A stretch of DNA of 64,000 nucleotides. Source: Spirochaetia bacterium. GTDB lineage: Bacteria > Spirochaetota > Spirochaetia > G963692905. Where the stretch lies: the NCBI GenBank assembly GCA_963692905.1, contig OY843583.1, positions 1,407,883 to 1,471,882 on the forward strand, in the 5' to 3' direction. Below the pieces are notes generated by a model that worked only from the letters and a program-made list of their open reading frames with translations, was not told the DNA's origin and did not search any database. The position numbers and the translations under genes were made by a program. Within the stretch, counting starts at the first letter, position 1. The number at the start of each line of letters is the position of its first letter. Below, one piece after another: positions 26,006 through 35,795 of this stretch.

Positions 26006-27046
26006 TTATTGATAGCGGAGCGCATAGAGGGAGCCCGTTCCCACCATATAGAGGGCGCTGTCAATAGCTGCTAGGCCGGCTGGGGAGATCCCGGTCAAAC
26101 CAAAGCCGGTGGTTGCACTGCCCACCTGAATTGCCATACCATCGGGGGTGCCATCTGCGGCGCCAATGTTTAGGGTATACAGGACACCATTGGTCTGTCC
26201 CAGCAGGTAGAGGGTACCATCAATGGCGGCTAGACCGTTGGGGATGCTTTCGCTCACGCCAAATTGGCTTACACTGGAAGCGCTCACCTGGGTTGCCATA
26301 CCACTAGTAGTGTCTAGGGTGTAGAGGACTTGATTGACCACTCCCGCCATATAGAGGGTGTTGTCAATGGAGGCCAGGCCGGTTGGGGCTCTTTCGCCCA
26401 TTCCAAAACCGGAGAGCACACCACTGCCTACCCGGGCTGCCATACCGGTAGTAGTGTCTAGGGTATAGAGGAAAGCATTGGCCAATCCCACCATATAGAG
26501 GGTGTTATTGATGGCGGCTAGGCCGGTTGGTTGGCCTTCGCCCACGCCAAATTGTCTTACAGCTGCATCGCTTACCCGGGTGGCCACACCACTAGCAGTG
26601 TCTAGGGTAAAGAGGGCACCATTGCTCTGTCCCACCATATAGAGTGTACCATCAATGGCAGCCAGACCGGTTGGGCTGGATTCTCTCACGTCAAATTGGC
26701 TTACACTGCCTATGCGGGTGGCCTCCCCTAGGGCTACTGGCCTACAGCTTCTACCAACTACATCAGTGGGGTCATCAAGTCTATAGAGCGGATTACAGCT
26801 AACACAGCGGATTAGACCATCGGCAGTGGCATCTCTGAGAGAGGAAGGGGTACCGTTGGCACAGACATAACCGGTGCCACCTCCTCCACTAGGGGTAGCC
26901 GGACAGGCTACCAATACCACCAGGGTCACCAATACCACCAACGCAGCCCCCAGGGTGCCTAAGAGCGTCCTACCCTTAAGCGGGAAATACGAGGAGGCGT
27001 GCTCCTCTCTCTTGAGCGTTTTACGAGTGCTCAGTCGCTCCTTCAC
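26006..27046 (-). CDS. Surface lipoprotein with six roughly 48-aa beta-propeller-like repeats
   Basis: Shared N-terminal module (FPLKGRTLLGTLGAALVVLVTLVVLVAC), Cys module YVCANGT...RCVSCN, and repeats FGxxExxPTGLAAIDxTLYMVG...LYTLD. Confidence 0.75.
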   Translation of the reverse strand: MKERLSTRKTLKREEHASSYFPLKGRTLLGTLGAALVVLVTLVVLVACPATPSGGGGTGYVCANGTPSSLRDATADGLIRCVSCNPLYRLDDPTDVVGRSCRPVALGEATRIGSVSQFDVRESSPTGLAAIDGTLYMVGQSNGALFTLDTASGVATRVSDAAVRQFGVGEGQPTGLAAINNTLYMVGLANAFLYTLDTTTGMAARVGSGVLSGFGMGERAPTGLASIDNTLYMAGVVNQVLYTLDTTSGMATQVSASSVSQFGVSESIPNGLAAIDGTLYLLGQTNGVLYTLNIGAADGTPDGMAIQVGSATTGFGLTGISPAGLAAIDSALYMVGTGSLYALRYQ

Positions 27047-27095
27047 TCTCTCATTCTCTCTTAAAAGGAAAAGAACTTATATTAAGATATTTCAT

Positions 27096-27320
27096 TTCTG
27101 AAACTCCTCCATATAATTATTATAAATTTGATAAATGCCTAAGCGACTATAGCTAGGGGAGAGGAGTATAGCTTCCCTCCGCATAGCGCATAGAATCATT
27201 AGTTTCATAATCATGAATAGAGTATAGCATATGGGATATATAATGGCAAGGTTAAAATAGAAAATTTTGTAAGGGAAAGTTAACCATGTCCCTTAAAAAA
27301 TAGAGGGAAGCATCCTTAAT
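27096..27320 (-). promoter_or_regulatory. Shared promoter/leader, copy L3
   Basis: TTGCCA-17-TATACT and the conserved GCGCTATGCGGAGGGAAGCTATACTCCTCTCCCCTAGCTATAGTCGC block. RBS GGAGGAG before the ATG at 27095. Confidence 0.55.
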
Positions 27321-27394
27321 TCTCTTGCTATCAAGAAAATGGGAGGTTTCTCTGAGCTGCTGTATCTATTGGCATCTTAGGCTATACTGACCGG

Positions 27395-29281
27395 GTGAGC
27401 TATCAACCAACGGCACTACGGGCCCGCCCCCGTAACTTTGATCAGTTGCTGGGACAAGAATTTGTCTCGCAGACCCTGCGCGAATCGCTGCGCAGCAGAG
27501 AAATTGCCCACGCCTATCTCTTTTCCGGACCACGCGGAGTGGGAAAGACCTCTGCGGCTCGCATTTTAGCCTATCGCCTTAATTGGCGGGAGGAGGAGGA
27601 TGCCCGCCCGGAGGCCCAGGAGGAGCTGGAGAAAATACGCAAAGGCTTGGCAATGGATATTATCGAGATTGATGGCGCCTCTAATACCTCGGTTAACGAT
27701 GTGCGCCAAATACGCGAGGAGGTGCTCTTTCCACCACAACATGCTAGCTATAAGGTCTATATTATTGATGAGGTGCACATGCTCTCGCGTAGCGCCTTTA
27801 ATGCGCTCCTTAAAACTATTGAAGAGCCGCCTCCCTATATTGTTTTCATCTTTGCCACCACCGAACTACAAAAGGTGCCGGCTACCGTACGCTCTCGCTG
27901 TCAGCACTTTCATTTTCGCCTAATTCCGCTACCAGTTATCCGCCAGGCACTCTCCCAGGCCGCGCAGGTGCAGCATCGAGAGATCTCAGAGGAGGTGCTA
28001 CTCTGGATAGCTAAGGAGGCACGCGGCTCGCTGCGCGACGCCTATACCCTCTTTGATCAAATAAGCTCTTACCGTGAGGGGCTACAGGATATTAGCCAAC
28101 TACAAAAACGGCTGGGCACCCTCAGTACCGAAGCGGTACTTGGCATAGTGCAGCATATTGCCGATGGCCAGATAGAGCCAGCGCTACGCGGTGCGCTAGC
28201 ATTGGTAGAGGGGGGGAGCTCTATTGAGCAGCTGCTGGAGCAGTTGGGAGAGCTGTATCATGCGCTGCTACTATGCAAATATAACATCAATGATGAAAGT
28301 TTATTAGGTATTTCAGCATCACATCTCTCTCCATCACTTATTGCCCGCTATCAACGTAGTCACCTGGAGGCTCTCTTAGATGAGCTGTTGGAGGGTTATC
28401 GCCGTCTGCGCTATACCATACATGAGCAGTACGAGTTAGAGCTGCTGATTGCCAAGCTGTGTTTCATAACTGAGCGAGTAGAGATTGCCGAGATACAACG
28501 TACCATTGCGCAGCTGGAAGAGCAGCTTCCTCAGCTGAAGGGACTAGGTGTAACCATGCAGGTCGAACAACATATAGAGCAGCAAGCAGAACAACCGATA
28601 GAAAAACAGGTGGAGCAACAGCCGCTAAGGCAACCCCTCAATGCTCCGCCGGCGGCACCATCATTGCCCGCTAAGCCATCACCACCGGTCGCTAATTACC
28701 AGCAGCCTAGCGCACCAACCGCAGCAGTTGAGTCGGCAGCCTCTGTAGCGCCGCCTCCATCTGCCTCAAGTGACCCGGTGGAGCGGGCGGGCGGAGAGAA
28801 TAGCGCGATAGCTTCTGTATCATCTGTCTCCGATGATACTATCCCACCCGAGGCGCCTCATCATACTACGGCAAAACCTAACCCCATAGCTAATGACCCG
28901 CGCCCAGATCCGATAAAGAGCGAAGTTTCCCCACATACTGCAGCGAGACCCATCCCACCATCTCTCCCAAATGAACATATGGTTCCCGCCGAACAGGTGC
29001 AGGACATTATTGATCGTCTGCGGCAGGTAAGACCCCTGCTGGCCATTCAGCTGGCACGGGTTAAGAGCTGGGAACAAGGAGAGGAAGTGATTATCCTACG
29101 GGTAGATAAAAACATGATTGAAGAGCTGATAATGAAGGATCAGGATTTAGTGCTGCGTTCCATTCGCGATGTAACCAACATCCAACAGTTTCAGGTTATT
29201 GCCGAAGAGCAACCGATTGACAGGCAGGCTGAGGAGCTGGCCAATACGGTACAAACAATTTTTCAAGGAGAGAGAGTATAG
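27395..29281 (+). CDS. dnaX: DNA polymerase III subunit tau/gamma
   Basis: AAA+ clamp-loader motifs GPRGVGKTS, IIDEVHML and SRC. Pro/Ala-rich linker. GTG start. Confidence 0.92.
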   Translation: MSYQPTALRARPRNFDQLLGQEFVSQTLRESLRSREIAHAYLFSGPRGVGKTSAARILAYRLNWREEEDARPEAQEELEKIRKGLAMDIIEIDGASNTSVNDVRQIREEVLFPPQHASYKVYIIDEVHMLSRSAFNALLKTIEEPPPYIVFIFATTELQKVPATVRSRCQHFHFRLIPLPVIRQALSQAAQVQHREISEEVLLWIAKEARGSLRDAYTLFDQISSYREGLQDISQLQKRLGTLSTEAVLGIVQHIADGQIEPALRGALALVEGGSSIEQLLEQLGELYHALLLCKYNINDESLLGISASHLSPSLIARYQRSHLEALLDELLEGYRRLRYTIHEQYELELLIAKLCFITERVEIAEIQRTIAQLEEQLPQLKGLGVTMQVEQHIEQQAEQPIEKQVEQQPLRQPLNAPPAAPSLPAKPSPPVANYQQPSAPTAAVESAASVAPPPSASSDPVERAGGENSAIASVSSVSDDTIPPEAPHHTTAKPNPIANDPRPDPIKSEVSPHTAARPIPPSLPNEHMVPAEQVQDIIDRLRQVRPLLAIQLARVKSWEQGEEVIILRVDKNMIEELIMKDQDLVLRSIRDVTNIQQFQVIAEEQPIDRQAEELANTVQTIFQGERV

Positions 29282-29285
29282 CATA

Positions 29286-29588
29286 ATGAATATCTTTGAT
29301 ATGGTTCGCCGCGCCAAAGAGGCCCAAGAGATTATGAAAAATATCCGGGTAAGTGGTAAGGCGGGAGGCGATATGGTAGTGATTACTCTTAATGGTAATT
29401 ACGAAGTAGAAAATATACATATTGCCCAAGAAGTGATAGACAAGGCCAACGCGACGCTGATTGGAGATCTAGTAAAGGCAGCCTTTTATGATGCTACCAC
29501 CAGACTCAAGAGGGAGATGCAGAGTCAGATGGGTTCGGTGTTACCGGGCGGCGAGCTGTTTAAGAACCTGCTAGGGGGTGACCAATAG
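29286..29588 (+). CDS. ybaB: Nucleoid-associated protein YbaB/EbfC
   Basis: About 100 aa in the conserved dnaX-ybaB-recR context. Start at the ATG right after the dnaX stop. Confidence 0.85.
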   Translation: MNIFDMVRRAKEAQEIMKNIRVSGKAGGDMVVITLNGNYEVENIHIAQEVIDKANATLIGDLVKAAFYDATTRLKREMQSQMGSVLPGGELFKNLLGGDQ

Positions 29589-29590
29589 CC

Positions 29591-30178
29591 ATTTTACAGG
29601 AGCTTACTGGCCACCTCAGTCGTCTTCCCGGCATTGGGCCGAAGAGTGCCATACGTCTAGTTTACCATCTTCTGTCTACCGATAGCGGGTATAATCGCCG
29701 TTTGGCAGAACTTATCTCGCAGTTGCAGCAGCGGGTTATTCGTTGCAAAGAGTGTAACGGTTTTTCAGAGGGAGAGCGCTGCACTATCTGTAGTAGTAGC
29801 GAGCGTAACCATTCCCTGCTCTGTGTAGTAGCGCAGCCGCAAGATATTGAACAGCTGGAGAATACCCACGAATATGAGGGACTCTATCATGTACTGCATG
29901 GCTATATCTCTCCTATTGATGGACTGGGCCCCAATGAGATTGGCGTTCCCGATTTACTCAGTCGGATAGAGAGAGGTCAATTCCAAGAGGTGATTATTGC
30001 CACCAATCCCACTGCCGAGGGCGATACCACCGCGCTCTATATAGCCAAGCTGCTTACTGAGCGTAATATAGCCGTAAGTCGCCCAGCAATGGGTTTGCCG
30101 ATAGGTGGTGATCTAGAATATGCCGACCGCCTGACTATTGCACGCTCAATTCGCAGTCGTACTCCGGTTAGTCTATAG
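29591..30178 (+). CDS. recR: Recombination protein RecR (probable non-canonical ATT/ATA start)
   Basis: The HhH motif LPGIGPKSAIRL is encoded in frame upstream of the first canonical start codon (TTG 29702). C4 zinc finger CKECNGF..CTIC and a Toprim domain follow. Confidence 0.85.
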   Translation: MLQELTGHLSRLPGIGPKSAIRLVYHLLSTDSGYNRRLAELISQLQQRVIRCKECNGFSEGERCTICSSSERNHSLLCVVAQPQDIEQLENTHEYEGLYHVLHGYISPIDGLGPNEIGVPDLLSRIERGQFQEVIIATNPTAEGDTTALYIAKLLTERNIAVSRPAMGLPIGGDLEYADRLTIARSIRSRTPVSL

Positions 30179-30186
30179 CAATCTAG

Positions 30187-31230
30187 ATGCGGGTAGTTCT
30201 ATCTAGCTGCCGCGACCCCTGGCTTAATCTGGCACTTGAGAATCTTTTGTTGCTGTACTCGGCCTCTGAAGATCTGTTACTCCTTTGGCAAAGTAAGCGG
30301 GCGGTGGTTATTGGTCGCAATCAGAATATTTGGTGCGAGATTTCACCTCATTATCTTCGGGCACATCATATTACTGCAGTACGGAGGGAAAGCGGGGGTG
30401 GCGCAGTCTATCATGATCATGGCAATCTTAACTTTGCATTTTTTTCGCCACGCGCGCGCTACCAGCTAGAGCGTAATTTTAATTTCCTAATCGCTACCCT
30501 CCACAGTATGGGCATTAAAGCTAAGGCGGCAGGCAATAGTATTATGGTAGGGGGGCATAAAATATCGGGAAGCGCTTTTCGTTTTGGCCGCCGCTCGGTA
30601 ATGCATCATGGAACACTCTTAATAAATGCCAATACCGCCCATCTCCAACGGGTCTTAAAGCCCGAAAATCATATAAAAGAGAATACTGCAGTTCACTCTC
30701 GTCGGGCTTCAGTGGTTAATATTGCAACATTACAGCGTATGATACATGTGAAGGGGCTACAGGCGCACCTTATAGAGAGAGCTGCCTCTTGGCAACCGGA
30801 AGGGGGAGATCATCCTCCCCCCATCATAGAGAAGCGAGATGAGCTGTCACTCCGCGGCGATGCCTCCCTGCAGGCGCAGGCTCATCGACTACAAAGTTGG
30901 GAATGGCTAGTGGGCCGCTCTCCCCGCTGTATTGTGACGCTAGAGAGTCCTAAGAGGAAACACCCTCTCTATCTCCATCTAACAATAAATTGGGGAATAA
31001 TTGAATCATTGGCGCTGGATAGCCCACTGATTATTCGGAGAGAGATTGAGGAGGCTTTACGGAAAAGCTTAATAGGGCGTAGAATAGATAACTCATTGTC
31101 CGCCAACCTCCAGGCACACTTTGCCCCCTTAGCCAAGACTCTGCCATGGGAAAGCCCCTACCTTCCTCTGCTACAGCAATTAATGGAGAAAATCAGGGCC
31201 CTGATTATTCCCACGGCATATACTGTATAA
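30187..31230 (+). CDS. lplA: Lipoate-protein ligase A
   Basis: RRESGGGAVYHDHGNLNFAF and KISGSA motifs, plus the C-terminal accessory domain. Confidence 0.85.
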   Translation: MRVVLSSCRDPWLNLALENLLLLYSASEDLLLLWQSKRAVVIGRNQNIWCEISPHYLRAHHITAVRRESGGGAVYHDHGNLNFAFFSPRARYQLERNFNFLIATLHSMGIKAKAAGNSIMVGGHKISGSAFRFGRRSVMHHGTLLINANTAHLQRVLKPENHIKENTAVHSRRASVVNIATLQRMIHVKGLQAHLIERAASWQPEGGDHPPPIIEKRDELSLRGDASLQAQAHRLQSWEWLVGRSPRCIVTLESPKRKHPLYLHLTINWGIIESLALDSPLIIRREIEEALRKSLIGRRIDNSLSANLQAHFAPLAKTLPWESPYLPLLQQLMEKIRALIIPTAYTV

Positions 31231-31256
31231 ACTGTATAAACTGTATAACCGGTGGA

Positions 31257-33353
31257 CTATTTTCTGGCCTTCTCTTTTTCTTTTTGGAATTTTTCCTGTA
31301 GCTCTTCAGAAATACTCTTGGGCACCGGCCCATATTTAAGAAATTCCATAGTAAACTCTGCCTTACCCTGGGTAAGAGAACGCAATACGGTAGAATAGCC
31401 AAACATCTCAGAGAGCGGCACCTCGGCATCTATTACTAGCCGTTCACCTTCATCACTGCTGGCCAGGATAACCCCCCGACGCTGACTAATGCTGCCCGAT
31501 ATACTGCCCTGAAACTCGATGGGACCCTCTACAGAAAGCTTCATAATGGGCTCCAATATTTGCGGTTTGGCCTGCTTGTAAGACTGTCGAAAGGCGCCAA
31601 TTGCTGCCATCTGATAGGCAATATCTGAAGAGTCTACCGGGTGAAAGCTACCATCATTAATGGTAACCGCCACGCCAATAATGGGATGTTCAATAAGCGA
31701 GCCCCTTTCCATAGCGGTACGGAAGCCTTTGTTACATGAAGGAATAAATTCGGTAGGAATAACTCCTCCCTTAATCTTATTGTTAAACTGATAATGTTCT
31801 GGATTTTCCAGTGATAAAGGTTCCATAGCGCCCGCTACTCGCGCATATTGCCCCGCGCCGCCGGTCTGCTTTTTGTGCAGATAGTCAAACTTGGCCGACT
31901 CGGTTATGGTTTCGCGGTAGGCTACCTGCGGCGCGCCGGTATTTAATTCCACTTTGTACTCCCGCCGCATACGCTCTATGTAGACATCTAGATGCAGTTC
32001 TCCCATCCCTTGGATAATGGTCTCGTTTGACTCCTCATCAATGTAGGTGCGGAAGGTGGGATCCTCACGGGAGAAGCGTCCCAGGGCCTTACTCATGCTG
32101 GTAGCGCTACCCTTATCTTTGGCGCTAATGGCCAACGAGATGACTGGATCAGGAACATACATAGAGAACATTGAGTAATTAAGTGATGGGTCGACAAAGG
32201 TATCTCCCGATGCGCAGTCTATTCCAAAGAGTGCCACAATATCACCGGCGCCGGCCTCAGTGATATCTTCCATATCATGGGAGTGCATCTTAATAAGACG
32301 TCCAATTTTTGTCTTTTTGCGAGCCCGAGTATTCATTAGCTCTATTCCCTTGCGTACCGATCCCTGATAGATACGTAGATAGGTTAGCTGGCCATAGACG
32401 CTCTCTTCCAGTTTAAAGGCTAAGGCTACAGTGGGCGCGATGCTGGTAGCGCTGAGCTGCACCTCCGTCTCCTCTTGATTAAGATCCAATGCCTTATAGG
32501 ACGGCTCCGCAGGATTAGGCAGAAAGGCCAATATCGCATCCAACAGGGGTTGCACTCCTTTATTTTTATAGGCAGAGCCCATATAGACTGGAATAACCTC
32601 CCGCCGCAGTACCCCATGTCGTATAGCAGTCCTAATCTGATCGGGCGAAGCTTCTCCCTCAAGAAAGGCCTCTGCCAACTCATCGGAATGGAGTGATGCA
32701 GCATCCACCAGCTTTTCGTGGGCCTCTTGAGCCTCGGCTTGTAGTTGGGCGGGGATCTCCTCTACCCGTAACTTCTCGCCATGAGCGCCATCAAAATAAT
32801 AGGCCTTCATTTCTATGAGATCTACCACCCCTTGGTGGGCATCCTCTAAACCAATAGGAAGCTGCATAAGTACAGTACTGTGTCCTAGGCGCTCCGCAAT
32901 TTGTTTGCAGACCCTTCTGGGGTCGGCTCCCGAGCGGTCGCACTTATTTACAAAGGCTACAAAAGGCACATTATAGCGCGCCAACTGGCGGTTTACCGTA
33001 TAGGTCTGCGACTGCACACCCGCCACCGCATCCAGCACCAACACTGCGCCATCCAGTACTCGTAGCGACCGCTCCACCTCAATGGTAAAGTCTACATGGC
33101 CGGGGGTATCGATAATATTAATTGGATGATCCTTCCAGGTCACATTGGTAGCAGCAGAGGTTATGGTAATTCCCCGCTCTCGCTCCAATTCCATAAAGTC
33201 CATGGTAGCGCCTACTCCATCCTTACCCCGTACCTCATGAATGGCATATATACGGTCAGTATAAAAGAGTATGCGCTCGGTTAGGGTGGTCTTCCCAGAA
33301 TCGATATGGGCGCTTATCCCTATGTTACGCATCTGCTCTATAATGCTGTTCAT
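31257..33353 (-). CDS. fusA: Elongation factor G family GTPase (EF-G paralog, not in the str operon)
   Basis: G1 [10 protein letters not shown]3 DTPGHVDF, G4 NKCD, and EF-G domains II-V. Confidence 0.9.
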   Translation of the reverse strand: MNSIIEQMRNIGISAHIDSGKTTLTERILFYTDRIYAIHEVRGKDGVGATMDFMELERERGITITSAATNVTWKDHPINIIDTPGHVDFTIEVERSLRVLDGAVLVLDAVAGVQSQTYTVNRQLARYNVPFVAFVNKCDRSGADPRRVCKQIAERLGHSTVLMQLPIGLEDAHQGVVDLIEMKAYYFDGAHGEKLRVEEIPAQLQAEAQEAHEKLVDAASLHSDELAEAFLEGEASPDQIRTAIRHGVLRREVIPVYMGSAYKNKGVQPLLDAILAFLPNPAEPSYKALDLNQEETEVQLSATSIAPTVALAFKLEESVYGQLTYLRIYQGSVRKGIELMNTRARKKTKIGRLIKMHSHDMEDITEAGAGDIVALFGIDCASGDTFVDPSLNYSMFSMYVPDPVISLAISAKDKGSATSMSKALGRFSREDPTFRTYIDEESNETIIQGMGELHLDVYIERMRREYKVELNTGAPQVAYRETITESAKFDYLHKKQTGGAGQYARVAGAMEPLSLENPEHYQFNNKIKGGVIPTEFIPSCNKGFRTAMERGSLIEHPIIGVAVTINDGSFHPVDSSDIAYQMAAIGAFRQSYKQAKPQILEPIMKLSVEGPIEFQGSISGSISQRRGVILASSDEGERLVIDAEVPLSEMFGYSTVLRSLTQGKAEFTMEFLKYGPVPKSISEELQEKFQKEKEKARK

Positions 33354-33599
33354 ACTAGTGTTCTCTCTTTCTCTTTCAATGGTATCGTAGTGGTAGCTCT
33401 GTTACTATAGGTGTATTTAATAACCCCCCCATGCACTCGATACAAGTATATTCTAACCAGTTTGACAGTTAATATCAATAGCTTAATGTATACTTATAGG
33501 GAGAACCTACTCAAGTATTGTATGCACTTCTTAAGTAGCTATGAAGCGAAAAAAAGCCCGGTATCTAGCGCACAGATAGAGAAGTGAATAAAATATTTT

Positions 33600-33935
33600 G
33601 CGGTAGGCACTCCCGCCCGAAGTGCGACACCGTTTTTCAAAGGGGGCCGGAAGAGCGCACCTGTCTGGTATCAACCATTTCGTACGATTATTACTAGATA
33701 GTATGGTCACTACCGATACCTATGCAGCATCTAATATATGAGATAGCTCAAGGTTTCATCATACGATGAATTAATCACGCGAAAAAGTTTGTGCACAAAA
33801 AACATCATATTAATGGAATAGAAACTTTTTGGCGACCGGCCAAGCTACATTTCAGCACCTATAATGGTACTCCACAACAACACCTTGATTGCTATCTTAA
33901 GGAATATGAGTGAAGATCTAATTATTGACCATTAA
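33600..33935 (+). pseudogene. IS1595-family transposase relic (multiple frameshifts and stops)
   Basis: Fragments DSMVTTDTYAAS and FVHKKHHINGIETFWRPAKLHFSTYNG...LKEYE resemble the IS1595 DDE C-terminus (INGIESFW...AK). Confidence 0.5.
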
Positions 33936-34015
33936 CACACTTGAAAGAAGCATTGTATAATTGGGTAGCGGAGGTTGAAAAAGCACTACATTAGCTTAAG
34001 TATATCAGCCCCAAA

Positions 34016-34105
34016 CTATTTTTTCTTATGACGATTGGCGCGTAACTTCTTTTTGCGCTTATGGGTGGCAATTTTCTTGCGTTTTCTCTTGCGTCCGCTA
34101 GGCAT
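34016..34105 (-). CDS. 29-aa highly basic peptide (AURKAIP1/COX24-like small ribosome-associated protein family)
   Basis: MPSGRKRKRKKIATHKRKKKLRANRHKKK. Below the ORF-track cutoff; pattern recognised from widely annotated bacterial small proteins. Confidence 0.5.
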   Translation of the reverse strand: MPSGRKRKRKKIATHKRKKKLRANRHKKK

Positions 34106-34310
34106 AATGCATCATAACATTGGTCAAGAGTGCTGTCAAGCTTCTGTAGCACTTTCCCTGAATTAAAGAAAAATACTCACCACGTCATAGGGCAGGGCTG
34201 TCTTTGGCAGGTTATCACTTGTGCCGCTTTAGAAGAGAGGCATATCCCACGCTTTTTGTATAAAAAAGCTATTATAGCTCTTAAATATAAGATGAGAAAT
34301 AACAGGTGTT

Positions 34311-34811
34311 TTAGAAAATTGGCCAGTTTAACACAAAGCAGACAAAAGGGGTTATCTTCTCATGATTAAGCATAGCTTTTATGCCTATAAGATTTTTCCC
34401 TAATCGTTCTACCGCATTCCCTTGTGCCTGTTTCCTCTTGCCTTCTTTCTCTCTATCTTTATTTGTACCCTGTCTTTTTACCTCTGCAACAAGAACAATT
34501 TTAATATAGTTGTGTTCAGTATCTTTTCTTAGTAGCAAGATCCCTCCATCTGGCTTTATGGTTCTTTCTTTATACTGAGTTTCAAATTCATCTCGTATTC
34601 TCTGGTCTTTGATCATCTTTTGCATCTTCTCAAAAGAGATAGATTTCTCAAACTGCAAGTAGTACCCCTTTAATTCATATTCAAACCTTCCCTCTAAATA
34701 CTCTCTTGCCAATTTCTGAGCTCTATAAATTTCCTTGTCATCTATTTTAGATTTAGTATTTTTGGCTCGGTGTTGATTAATATTTCTTCTTAATTGCTCA
34801 CTGGTTGCCAT
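34311..34811 (-). pseudogene. EcoRI/MunI-like type II restriction endonuclease, apparently C-terminally truncated
   Basis: IKPDGGILLL...IVLVAEVKRQG...GNAVERLGKN aligns with the EcoRI PD..E.K core and the GNAIER recognition motif. Stops about 30 aa after GNAVER, with no continuation in other frames. Confidence 0.6.
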
Positions 34812-35415
34812 AAAAATAGTGCCCCCTCATTCCGCGGACATTAAACACTAGTACTTCACTATGAAACAATATATCTTCAAATAAATTTTTAGGGAGACTA
34901 ATAATACTGGTAATAGCTGGATATGTACCATCTACAAATTTTCTCCATCGTTTACTGTCAACCGTTTGATTAAGACGGAAGCCATACGGAGTAAACATAA
35001 CAATAGGGATATTTCTGCCAAATAATTCAATGGCCTTCATTAGCCATACTTCGGGCAATAGCGGTCTCCCTCCATAATGTAGTTTTACATACGCTTTAGT
35101 TTTTGCATCAATGTTAAAGGGGGGATTCATGATTATTAGAGCCGGATTAGGCAACTCCCCCCTCTTAAACTCAAGATAATTTTTCTTTATCATAGGAGAA
35201 AAGCCTTGATCTTCTATATCTATGCCTAATACATCATATCCGGCCTGCACAAAAGGAAGGAGAAGTGAGCCCCTACCAACACAAGGATCTAATATCAATC
35301 TCTTTTTAATATGGTCTTTTAGTATTGAATAGAGAAAGCGGCTAGTAGATAAAGGGGTATATACAGTTGCCTTCTTTTCATTAGTATAAAAGTTGTTTCT
35401 ATCTACTCTGTACAA
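34798..35415 (-). CDS. Small gamma-class N6-adenine DNA methyltransferase
   Basis: Motif I ILDPCVGRGSLL comes before motif IV NPPF. Overlaps the REase gene by 14 nt. TTG start. Confidence 0.75.
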   Translation of the reverse strand: MYRVDRNNFYTNEKKATVYTPLSTSRFLYSILKDHIKKRLILDPCVGRGSLLLPFVQAGYDVLGIDIEDQGFSPMIKKNYLEFKRGELPNPALIIMNPPFNIDAKTKAYVKLHYGGRPLLPEVWLMKAIELFGRNIPIVMFTPYGFRLNQTVDSKRWRKFVDGTYPAITSIISLPKNLFEDILFHSEVLVFNVRGMRGHYFYGNQ

Positions 35416-35795
35416 TTTTCTTGGCCTTTTTTCTGGTTCTCACCAGAGAACATTCTACCTCTATGGTTGATTTAAGAAATTATTTGAATAAGTATTTTTT
35501 TGCGCCTCTCTTGGCAATAGTTTAATTATATTTGATTTCACTAAATCCTCCCTCTTTGTGCTAATACCGTACCTGGGCATCCCTATTCTGTCAGAAAATC
35601 TTACCTGTCACTTTGTGTATTCTTAGGTAATAGACGCTATATTTCTGCTTTGAGGCGGGATATTCTGCTATTTGCTTAATATATTTCTGCATTGCCCTCA
35701 TTACGGCTAATTTATTTTTACTCTCCGGCGAATCCTTGCCGGAATTTACTTGATAATTTGAGGCGTTAAAGTATGATTGCACTATAAGAGATACC

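Noticed and set aside
27395-29281. Programmed -1 frameshift site (A AAA AAG) in dnaX for a gamma subunit
   Set aside because: I saw no slippery heptamer with a downstream hairpin when reading through the gene.
31222-31248. (ACTGTATAA)x3 between the lplA and fusA stops. Also 15-nt direct repeats at about 1650-1697 upstream of the CBM9-like gene and at 48584-48630 upstream of secE.
   Set aside because: These are very short tandem repeats in intergenic DNA. I can attach no functional inference to them beyond noting that they exist.
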